Assembly: GCF_022379125.1 (NCBI RefSeq)
Contig: NC_061519.1
Coordinates: 23,919,101-23,983,100 of the forward strand
DNA from: Scophthalmus maximus
Taxonomy: Eukaryota
Direction of reading: 5' to 3'
Length of the DNA stretch: 64,000 bases
The notes under the pieces are model-generated. The model worked only from the letters and a program-made list of their open reading frames with translations, ran no database searches and was not told where the DNA came from. Numbering within the stretch: position 1 is the first letter of the stretch; every line of letters starts with the position of its first letter. The translations under genes were made by a program, and so were the position numbers. Below, in pieces: positions 27,079 to 37,420 of this stretch.

Positions 27079-27251
27079 AATGTACTCGTACCCGTCCCGC
27101 GTCCCCGCTCCCCCTCCCCCCCTGTCGCGGGCCGTGATCCCGTCCAAGCGCCCGCGCGTCAGCCTCAGCGGAGGGAGCAGCAGCCGGCGAGCCAAGAGCA
27201 GCTTCTCCTCGTCCTCCAAGAGCAGCCAGAGGACGTCTTCATCCAGGACTA
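27079..27251 (+). CDS. hnrnpc: hnRNP C-like coding exon 4 ([57 protein letters not shown]; Ser/Arg-rich, contains a KRPRV NLS-like motif)
   Basis: Acceptor gataccag|AATG, donor ACTA|gtgagt; matches HNRNPC [27 protein letters not shown]. Confidence 0.85.
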
Positions 27252-28151
27252 GTGAGTGTCTCTGGTAACACGTTACTGTTTTAACCATTTGTACTAGTGA
27301 AGGAAAATGAAAACCGGCACGGTCTGAGCTTTTGATTTATATAAGGTTTTATACAACTATCATCTCCTGAAGAGGCTGCAGCTCGACTTGACTTTGTCAA
27401 GTGGGTTTAAGGTTGAAGTACCAGGACATATGTCGGCACTTCTTTACAGTATATTAATAAGCTGGCTCCTGAATTTACTGCTCAGGAACTTGAGCGTTAT
27501 GTCAACTTGAACACTTTTTTCTGATTTCATTATTCATAATACAAAATAAGCAACAATTGCGAGTCCCGGTTAATTTTTTTTATGCAGATAAAATGAATAT
27601 TTGGAGCTTATAGTCATGAATTAGAAAAGTTCCTTTATTCTGATGAAGCTGTTTATGAAGTGTCTGTATGTTCCAGCTGGTTTGCAGCATGTCGGATCAA
27701 TCGAGGTTTGATGTTGGTGCTACACGTTGCAAATATGAATTGTTCAAGTGAAAGCTACTAAATTAAATTTATTAATATTAATGAAGCTGAAATATTTCTG
27801 GTTTCTCACCAAACAAAAGCTGATCAGAGAGCTTTTTTTAAATTTGTATTCATTTTTTGAGTTAGTGAGTGCAAAACTTAAGCTTGAAGAAATCCAGTAA
27901 GGGAACTCAAAAGAAGTCTGATACGATATGTGGATTTGAAGTGCTTGAGGCCAAAAGAATTGTTCGATTTATTAGAAGACGTCATCTTTTCATCTTTTCT
28001 GGGAAATTTATATTGAGCATTTGTCACAATTTATATCAACACATCAGACAAGAAGAAAATATGTGTAAGTTGCCGTCCAGGTTTAATTTATTGATTTATG
28101 CAAACACAAACCTCAGTTTATGCTCAGTCGACTTGTTTTGTGTTTATGTGA

Positions 28152-28403
<252 letters not shown>

Positions 28404-28573
28404 TGAGCTCTATCTGCAAGGCATAACTCTTTTTATCGTATTTATAATAGTCAGAATGTCTTTAAACTCATTCATCAGAGGCAGCTGCTTTTGTTCAAAG
28501 GCAAAATCATCTTCCTATAAACCAGTTTTTTATGAGAGAGGATCGTTCCTGAATGCGTCTCCGTGTTTGGCAG

Positions 28574-28734
28574 AAGCCAAGAGCATAAAGACGGAGCCAG
28601 GAGAAGTGACTTCACCACCGCACTCGAGCAGCAAGAAGAACGACGGGATGAAGAGAGACAGGGAGAGCCAGGAACTGAACGACTCGGATGAGGACGAGGA
28701 GGAAGAGGAGGGCGACCTGCTGGAGGAGGAAGAG
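28574..28734 (+). CDS. hnrnpc: hnRNP C-like coding exon 6 (EAKSIKTEPGEVTSPPHSSSKKNDGMKRDRESQELNDSDEDEEEEEGDLLEEEE), phase 0 end
   Basis: Acceptor gtttggcag|AAGCC, donor GAAGAG|gtgaga; acidic region equivalent to the HNRNPC C-terminal acidic domain. Confidence 0.8.
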
Positions 28735-29214
28735 GTGAGACTCCGTTTGAAAGCAGGTCCCACACAAACGGCAGGTTTCATAACTCGTAGTCGCTCGCAA
28801 ATCGTGGATGAACACGAGTCTCTTAGGATTCTCATATGATCTCATGTTGCTGCTTGGAAGTTACTAATGTGGTAAAAAAACAAGTGTCCAAAAGATAAAA
28901 TAATTATAAGAACAACAAACTGTTTTTATAATTGTTTTATCTTTTGGACCTTTGTTTTCGTGGTGCATCAAAAACAACTTCTATTTTTTTATGTCGCTGT
29001 AAATGGAACTGACAAAACGAGCACTGGAGATATCACCTTGTGAACTTTAATTGAAATTAACCAAACACGAGTTAGACGCTAAACGTAGACGAATACGAAA
29101 GTGCACTGGGATTCAAACTTTGCTGCCTAATAAAGGCCAAAATGATGGATTTTTAAAAAATGATTGGAAAAATTGAAAAATCGGTTTCTGTTTACTACAC
29201 CGTTCTTGTTTAAA

Positions 29215-29580
29215 GCTACAGTGTGAAATATTTAGAAGAACTTCTTCACTGAAGTTGAATATATTGTCCATAGCCATGTGTTCATATATGTATAATCACC
29301 TGCAGCAAAGAAGCAATATTTCTTCGTCAACTCTGAATGAGATAAATACAGTTACATGACGTGGACCCGACCTGCGCGTGAGTCGCCATGTTTGCTACGT
29401 CGTGTTGAATACGGTTGTTGCACAAACTGGTCCAGAATACGTCGCATTCGCATTGAATTTTCAGACGCTGCCCGAAACCGGAAATGGAATCAGCGATGCG
29501 CCGCCAAGTGTCCCTGCCGGTTGCGGTTTCAACTTTACCACCAGATGCCACCAGAAAATTTTACACTGGGGCTTTAAATA
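29215..29580 (+). mobile_element. Copy 2 of the same roughly 350-bp interspersed repeat, inside the last intron of the hnRNP C-like gene
   Basis: See copy 1; the six-frame track shows paralogous pseudo-ORFs (…CLLRRVEYG.CT…FSDAA.NRKWNQRCAA) in both copies. Confidence 0.6.
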
Positions 29581-29716
29581 ACAGCTTTGAAATTTGATTG
29601 ACATATTTACCACGCTCCGGTTCAGCTCGTGAACCTGCTGCCACCGTTCCATTGATTTCGATTCATATGAAATGTGATGTGTTTCTGATACAAGCCCATT
29701 TTATCAAACTGTGCAG

Positions 29717-29842
29717 GTGAAGAGTCAAGAGAGGGAGGACGAGGAGGAGGAGGAGGAAGAAGAAGAGGAGGAGGAGGAGGAAGGAGAGCACGTGGAAGGT
29801 GACGATGATGTCGACAGTGTCAACGGTGAAGAGGACTCGTAG
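29717..29842 (+). CDS. hnrnpc: hnRNP C-like terminal coding exon (VKSQEREDEEEEEEEEEEEEEEGEHVEGDDDVDSVNGEEDS*), stop TAG 29840-29842
   Basis: Acceptor aactgtgcag|GTGAAG; (GAG/GAA)n poly-Glu coding repeat; ends like the HNRNPC ...GEDDS C-terminus. Confidence 0.8.
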   Translation: MKSQEREDEEEEEEEEEEEEEEGEHVEGDDDVDSVNGEEDS

Positions 29843-29856
29843 GCTCAGCCCACAGC

Positions 29857-29913
<57 letters not shown>

Positions 29914-30365
29914 TCCAGTAGGAACTCGGACTCTGTTTTAACACTCGTATTGTAGAGACAAAAGGAAAACGTACACACACAAGCATGGTGGACACACACA
30001 CACACAATGTCGTCCCGTTGTCCCTAAAGCTGTTATGTTACTTTCTCCAGTCGTCCAGAGTCACTGTCACGGGAATAATTAGCTGTAGGTTTTTGATTTG
30101 TGTTTTTACCGAGTCGCTCCTCGTCTTCAGGAGAAGACGGAAACGTGGACACTTGATGTTCTCAGAGACGACATCTCGACGGACATGTCTTAATGCAACG
30201 GCCCCCGAAGTTCAGCTACCAAGTAACAATTTTTAGGTCCAATGTCTTTTCCTCATCAGTGAGTTTGTTTGACCCTGTGTGTCTGTATGTTAATGTCAGT
30301 TTTTTATACTATTCCATTTCTGTTTAACTGTAAAGAAATAAATTGCAATAAAATATTAAAATTGG
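29843..30365 (+). other. hnrnpc: Putative 3' UTR of the hnRNP C-like gene, containing a (CA)n microsatellite and overlapping AATAAA signals about 30337-30350
   Basis: Follows the stop codon; aataaattgcaataaaatattaaaa poly(A) signal cluster about 500 nt downstream. Confidence 0.5.
29857..29910. repeat. (CA)n microsatellite in the hnRNP C-like 3' UTR
   Basis: Dinucleotide run 15 nt after stop codon. Confidence 0.95.
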
Positions 30366-32471
30366 ATACGTCCTCATGTCTGTTATTCGAGTATATTGTT
30401 TTCTGGAGGAAAGAAATCTTGTTTAGTAGTTGAAATGAAACAGACTCAACTGCTGTTTCTGTCAAAAACCAATTCAGTTTTCTAGAGATAGGGTTCAAAA
30501 TCATTTTATTGCACATCATGCAGTTCATAGTCTGTTTATTGAATCAGAATACACTTAACACCCCTCATTGAATCTTTTAAAGTAGTTTGCTTGGTGAATA
30601 AAGAAATCAGTGTTTTAAAAAATGAACAGTTCTACAGCATTTATGGTCATAACAGTAAAGAGAACATTCACCTGTAATAAAATATATAGCGTGGAAGTTT
30701 TAGCCTCTTCCATTATCATAAACAGAAACATTTACTGGCCCCTAAAGTTTGGACGCATAAATGGACCAAACACTTTTCAAAAGGAAATGCAAAGAGCAGC
30801 AGTGCAATGACAAAAAATAATTAAATATAAAATCACTGAAATACGATAAAGCTGAGAAATACGGAAGAGTATTAGGGCCAATCATAAGGAAAAAATGAGG
30901 AGAGAATTTTTAAATTTTTTTTTACATTTCAAGAAAAAAGTCGAAATGTCGAGAAAAAAGTTGTTCTAAAAAAATTTTTTTTTGTTATGACGACCTGATA
31001 CTCTTTCGTAGAGAAAAGTAATAGCTGAGTATCGACCGCTGCGACATAAAGAAAGAAGTTAAGAAATATGAAGAAAAGAGAAGAAAAAACAAAATGAAAT
31101 CCTTTTTGCTGAGACGGATCATTTAAAGCAGACGTGCTGATTGGCTGCAGTGAGTTGACTTGTCATCTCTTCTACGAACCGAGTGGGTGGAAACAAAATC
31201 TGGAGATCTGGATAGACGAGTCATTTTGTCAAAGAGAAAAGAATTGCAGCTTCGTTTGCTCCCTACAGGCAAATTTTAGGCCAAATGTCATGGTTGAAAA
31301 TTAATATAAAATCACTGAAATATGACTGATCTTAGAAGAGGAATAGAAAAACGGTGTGCGTAGCTAGAACGCAGTGAGAGGAAATGGCCACTAGGGATGA
31401 GTAAAGCACAATAAAGAATGTTATAACTAAAAGTGTGAAAATATAATTCAGTAACAATAACATTTATTCTGTCCGCGAAACCAGCTCCAGGCCACAACCT
31501 CCCCCTGGACTCCCTCAGGCGCTCTGCGTGACGGACAGCGCGAGGACGCTCGGCAGGAGAAGCAAAGCTGGTGGCGAAAGAGACGAGACGTCGGTCGGTC
31601 AGTCAGAAAATGTCTTTACATCTTTTAACAAAGCATTTTAAAATGCCAAAATGTTGTTAATAATCTTTGGGGAAATGTTCTGACAGTTATCAGAGTTAGT
31701 TGTTGTTTTCATGAACAGTTACATTTTTCCTAGAGAGAACTTCTCAATTCAAACCAAATTATTGACATGGATATTTAGTCACAGTTGTCGCTGTCAATCA
31801 GGACATTTCACCACCCCCATTGTTATGGCATCGAATAAGTAATTGAAACCCAGATATTATCGGAAAAATAAAAAACACATCATCTATTATCTAAAATAAT
31901 AGCAACCATATTTGGGGTTTAAAAAAAACGTACTGAACGTGAACTTTGACCTTTTAGTTTGGTCCGTGTCCCATTCGCTCACACGAAGGAGCTTCATGTG
32001 CCATAGTGGAGCCAGCCACCAGGGGGCGATTGACATGATTTGGTTTTACTTTTGGGAGCTGTCATGTTGTCCATGTTTATATATACAGTCTATGGGGGCA
32101 AATAACACTTTCTCCATTTCCCCTTCAAATGTTCTACACAGTAATTTGAAGTATCAGCTAATTTAAATTACAAAAAAATTATTTCAGGAATCCTTCTGGA
32201 CATGACCTCAATTATCAGACAGTTTAAGGAAAGCTGAGGTCGTCGGGGAGGATTGGTTACGACGGGGCAACCGCTTAAATCCAATCCGGTTTCTAGCTTG
32301 TTGCTCCGATTGAGTGCATGTACAGTATTAGGCCCACGCTAAAGTATTGTTTTACTGTACGTCAAGCCTTCAAGATGTGGACAGACTCAAAGGTGTAAAA
32401 GTAGGAGCCATGTGTCCCTCTGAATTACAGCATCCAAGGAGAAGAATAGGAAATGGCCGTGTGTTGCTCAC

Positions 32472-32627
32472 CGTGGGAGAGGAGAACACTACTGGCTCCT
32501 GATGGTGTGGCGGTGGCGGTGGCGGTGGCGTTCGTGGCCGGGGATGGTGTGGTCGGGACGTTGCTGGACGGGTCGGCGACGTTCAGAGGGCCGCTGATCA
32601 GTGAGACGTTGAACGGGCCGAGGGTAC
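32472..32627 (-). CDS. DOMON-domain gene exon 4: Thr/Pro/Ser-rich mucin-like stalk with N-glycosylation sequons (STLGPFNVSLISGPLNVADPSSNVPTTPSPATNATATATATPSGASSVLLSH)
   Basis: Acceptor cctcag|GTA, donor CACG|gtgagc; frame continuous with exon 3; (GCCACC)n coding repeat. Confidence 0.6.
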
Positions 32628-32747
32628 CTGAGGAATAAAAGTAGGAACACACGGGAGTGTGCTTGTTGGAGGGGAAGTGTATTTTGGACAAGGACAAAAT
32701 GGTCTGTGAAATAAGTTGAATCATGGAGGGGTTTTGTGTCCACTCAC

Positions 32748-32892
32748 TCCCATTCAAGGGGCCGGTCCCCAGCAGGATGGAGAAGGTGGTGGTGGCGTGG
32801 CTGCTCCTGGTGTCGGTGGCGTTCACACCGGGCACGTTGAACTCGCACTCGATCACATCGCCTCTCACCAAACCTCGGATTTGGGTCACTCT
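32748..32892 (-). CDS. DOMON-domain gene exon 3: RVTQIRGLVRGDVIECEFNVPGVNATDTRSSHATTTFSILLGTGPLNG
   Basis: Acceptor ctctgcag|AGA, donor GGGA|gtgagt; C-terminal DOMON signature (TTTFSILLGTGPLNG ~ ...YLLfA.GpL..G); in frame with exon 2. Confidence 0.7.
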
Positions 32893-35292
32893 CTGCAGAG
32901 CGGGATAGGATTAGGGGAGATGCAGGACAAGTGTGACCGTTCCGCCTTTTGGATGAATTATTTTGGTTGGAAGGAACCAAAAGGAAATCACAAAAAACGT
33001 GAACGCAGCAAATTCAAGAATGGCCCAAATGATTGTTGTTTTCGGATCTGCATGTTTTAGCCTACATATCAATTTTTCAATTTCTGAGCAAGATTTCTGA
33101 CTCATTTTGATTAAAACCTATATACAGGGACTGTTAGTAGGGAAATCTGATGTATATGACCTAAACATTAGCACTTTAAAAAACAGACTGTTCAATTATT
33201 TTATGATTTTTTTTCTTCTTCTAATTGTTAGTTACTGTTTGACAATAGGTTGTTGTTGACACTGAGCGCTGACGCCAAAGACAATTTTTTATGTATGCTA
33301 TTTTCAGCAAACTAAAAACGGACAAATATTTGTCCTTTTAAGCAGATCACTAACCAGCAGACTTTCCAAAGTCAGTTTACATGTGTATATCTACCAGGAA
33401 ACCATAATGTGTGTAGTGTATTTGACTTTTGATTCCCCACATATGTTTGAAAACACCTGGATAAATTACAAGGTGGCTCATTGGATAATTTGAGTGTGAA
33501 AATAATATGTAAACCACGTCACATGGTCGCACCAGATGTCGTCCCAACTGAATATTTATGGGTGTGCATCCGTCGACAGAGCACCGAATGGGGGAACGTC
33601 TTTTGAAAGAGCGGTGTTCGTCCCAACATCTTGACTTGTGGTGGTCAGATAGTTTATAATCATTTTTTGGGAGGTTTGTCTAAAATATCAAGTCCGTGCA
33701 CGTTTATTTCCATTCAAATTGAATTCATGTCATCTGAAACATAATCCCTACCGGGAAGATATGGGAAAATGATTTAAGGTTGTTTTTTTTAAATGTGAAT
33801 TTATTATAAACTACACATATTTTATCACAGGTAATATATTTTTAAAAAACACCTTAGTGCCACAAGTGCATGTTTTACACTTTCTGTTCATTCAGTTTCA
33901 TATTATATTTGGAGGATAATTTAAATATAAACTTTGTTTACTCCTTTACAGTATGCGGGTGAAACGTCAACCCCACCTCTGGAGGGGGCGTAGCATCCGT
34001 GTTGTTCCCCCGCATTGTCCCAAAGAAGAACGTCCCATTGTCCGAGGAGTTTGAAATATTTCAATACAATATTTGTTTATTCCCTCTATATGTCAGAACA
34101 GGTAAAAAAAAAAGAATAAACAACCTCACCCTCTCCGCTGGAGTGAGCGCAGCGTTTGTGTTGTTCCTCTGCATTGTCCGGAAGAAGAACGTCCCATGGG
34201 AGGAGTTCTGACCGCAGAGGAAAAGCTCACTGGTTCCCTGGGGAGAGAAGAGGAGGTGAAAGAGGAATTTGCTTCCTCGTAGGTACGACGACTCCAACGT
34301 CACAGAGTGTCTTTGTCGAGGCGGGAAACAAGTCAGTAATGTGACGAACTAGTCAACACGATGGTTTAAGTTTCCAGCTCTTTGGGGGTTTTCTGTTGTC
34401 TTCATGTTTTAATGAGGCCTGGCTGTGACAGTAAGGATCTGAACTGAGCTGTGGGGCTGTTGACTTTATTCTTGCATGTGGCGAAACAAAAATGATATCG
34501 CTTCGTCGTTTGCACGACAATGGCAAATTCCGATGTCACAACGTGTCTTTGTTTAAGCCGGAAACAAGTCGATAATTCTGATGAAAGGACTTTTGAAGCC
34601 ACTGTGCGATGTCTTTTTTTAAACTTCTGTTTTCCCTGTTCTGCAGGTTCTCTATGTCTCGTTCGCTAAAATCGCCTGAGCTCGACGGCAATGACGCAAT
34701 AATAACAATAGTGATGATGATGATAACAACATTCATTTCACCGCATTTTCTTGACGTTACAAAGTTCAGCACAAATGGATAAAACAGCAAAACAAATGGA
34801 TACATTAGGAAAACTGACAAAATGACTTGAGTTGGCTCATTGGGGGTTTTTCTATCGTCTTTATGTTTTGATGTAATGATCTGAACTGAGCCGTCATGTA
34901 TCACGAAGCTCGTGTTGAGTGTTTCATCACGACCTGCGTGCTTTTATTAACTGGATGCGGGGAGAAGGTCGGGGGCAGACACGTTGGACTCTATGAGACA
35001 GCCACACATTTTGTGTCCGCGAATCTGAACTGTTGGATTTGGGGAAGAGGCCCCAACTTGCTGTGAGACGGAATACATTTGGTAGGACTTCTTGCAAAAG
35101 TGACTTGATATTGAAGTCACAAACTCCTTTCCAGATAATGCACGAGCAAAAAAGATGATTGGAAGTAGCCTCTTGTTTGCTTTTTTAATGTTTACTAGTC
35201 TTACTGGCTCTTGATGTCTTCCTGAGCCCTTGTTCCAAAACTAATCTCATCTCGGGGGGCGGCATTAATGATGTGAGGTGCACGTGCGTTAC

Positions 35293-35502
35293 CTCGGTTG
35301 CGTTCACGGCGAGTCCCAGGGCAACGTAACCCTTCGAGGTTCCTCTGAGTTTGAAGTACAGGTCGGTGCCGTTGGGGGCCGCCGGGGGGCCGGCGACCAC
35401 TGACGCAAACAGACAGGTCCCGTTTCCTGCCGGGTCGCAGGCGCCCGGTTGGTCCACGCACAGCGCCGTGACGCCACAACCCGCCCGGGTGACGTTCACC
35501 TG
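35293..35502 (-). CDS. DOMON-domain gene exon 2: QVNVTRAGCGVTALCVDQPGACDPAGNGTCLFASVVAGPPAAPNGTDLYFKLRGTSKGYVALGLAVNATE
   Basis: Acceptor ttgtccag|CAG, donor GAG|gtaacg; Cys spacing plus C-LF-S...YF-L-G...GYVA-G motif characteristic of DOMON domains (FRRS1/SDR2/FRRS1L-like); 3 NxT sequons. Confidence 0.7.
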
Positions 35503-36086
35503 CTGGACAACGAAAGAAAAAAGCCTTTCGTGTTGAAACACACCTGGAAATTTCATTTTGGTACATGTAGGGAAAGTTATAGACTAGGCTTTTTTTAAAC
35601 TTGACCCAAACTAGGGACTAAAACTCAAGAGGCCTCTGCCTCTACTACTTCAATTTGAATCAGAATTTTTCTTCTTTTTTTTTAAGTCATTCCATTATGA
35701 CTTCCTTAACACTGTGAAAGTGCAATATTGAATAACTGGAGTCATCAGCAACGGGGAAACAACTTGGTAGATGTGCAACACTAATGAAACAACACATCAA
35801 CTAATCAACATGTCTTAATATAACAGTGCAGAGAACTATGAGGAGAACGAGTTAAGACAACATAAACTAAAAGTCCTTGTGGTTTATAGCTATATAAACT
35901 TTAGGCCTTGAATAGTTTAGTTTCTCTAAGTGGGTGAATAATGTAGAGAGAAAAATTCTCAATCAAGATAAAGCCCATGGTCATTAAACAAATATTAAAA
36001 TGATTGTGTGCGCACAGTACAAAGCTCAAAATGACACGGTGGAGCTGCGTACTGTACCGAGGAGATTAAGGCCAATGAGAACCAAC

Positions 36087-36185
36087 CTGTGTATCATTGG
36101 CAAAGGACAAATGAGACGTTCCTCTGACAACCGGTGCCACAAAAACCACCACTGCAGCGACCAACAGGATCGCTCCTCGTTCCAT
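36087..36185 (-). CDS. DOMON-domain glycoprotein gene, exon 1: signal peptide MERGAILLVAAVVVFVAPVVRGTSHLSFANDTQ (ATG 36185-36183)
   Basis: Hydrophobic h-region then small residues (VRG) typical of a cleavable signal peptide; donor CAG|gttggt at 36087; phase 0. Confidence 0.65.
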
Positions 36186-37317
36186 TTCCGCCTGGGAGAC
36201 ACGGACAGTCACACAGAAGAGGAAGTGTTCGAAATCTGAAAAGTGAGATCGAAGATCTTTTAACCCTTCTGCCACCAAAACCTTACAGTTCTTAAAGAAT
36301 CGTGGCGACATTGACACTTTTTTTAAACCATATAACCTGATGCCATTGATGCCTTCCTGCAGTATTTCAACTTTCGTATATACATAATATTTAATACTTA
36401 ATAACTTACTTACACGTAGACATCACCTTAATCATCGATAATGGCTTGAATCAAAGAACACACCTTTATACATTTCAATTCACAATTCACATTTGTTTCC
36501 TGGTCAAACGGGAAACAAAGGTTTTGCTTTATTTATACATTTTTTATTCTATAAAACACATAATGTCCAAATTTGTATTTTAACAATATCTATGAGTGTA
36601 ATTCTGCCAAGGAAAGTTTGTCCAAATGTATATTAGCCCAATCACAGGTTTGAATTTACATTGTGACAGAAAACAATGCATTTAAAGTGTTTTTTATTAT
36701 TATTTTTGTCATACACAAATACTGTATGTGCAGCTAGAGGTTATCAAGACATCGCAAACTCACTGTCACATCCAAAGTCAAATCCAGAGTGTTTTGGGGT
36801 ATTTTTTTTACCAAGATTACCAAAAATACTTTACTATAAATAAGTAGATGAATATTTATCACATTGTCCATCTTGCCTTGAGATGAAGATGAATAAATAA
36901 AACACAACTAACTTAAAGCAACTATTTCCATTGTTGATCGACTGTACATGAAATTACACTTCAGGCGTTGGTCTAGCCATTTCAAGGAAATGAATTCTCA
37001 TCAATCATCTCAGTACTAAAGTAAACACTTTAGTGAAGTATCACTTCACTCTCCTCCCACCCTCTTTTTAAACGCTGTAATTACTCCTACTTTAATTCTT
37101 AACATCAACTCAATGAAATTGTTACAGAATAATCAAAAACAAATAATAACAAAAATGCATGGATTGAGGATAACCCAAAACGGAGAAGAAAAAAAATGCT
37201 GTTTGATGTGAAGTTTTGATGAGAGACTTACCTCTGAGCTGCTAAAGTCAAACTGTTGAGTTGAAGAAGTGTTCTCACTTCAGATCAGCAGACGTCAGCG
37301 CGGATGCTCACAGTGGC

Positions 37318-37420
37318 TGTGGTGGTGGTGGTGGTGGTGGTGGTGAAGATGGGGGTGGTGGTGAAGATGGGGGTGATGGTGAAGATGGGGGTGGTGGTGA
37401 AGATGGGGGTGGGGCGTTCC
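37318..37420. repeat. GGT-rich minisatellite (21-bp unit gaagatgggggtggtggtgaa x4 after (GGT)8)
   Basis: Direct tandem repetition visible in sequence. Confidence 0.8.
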
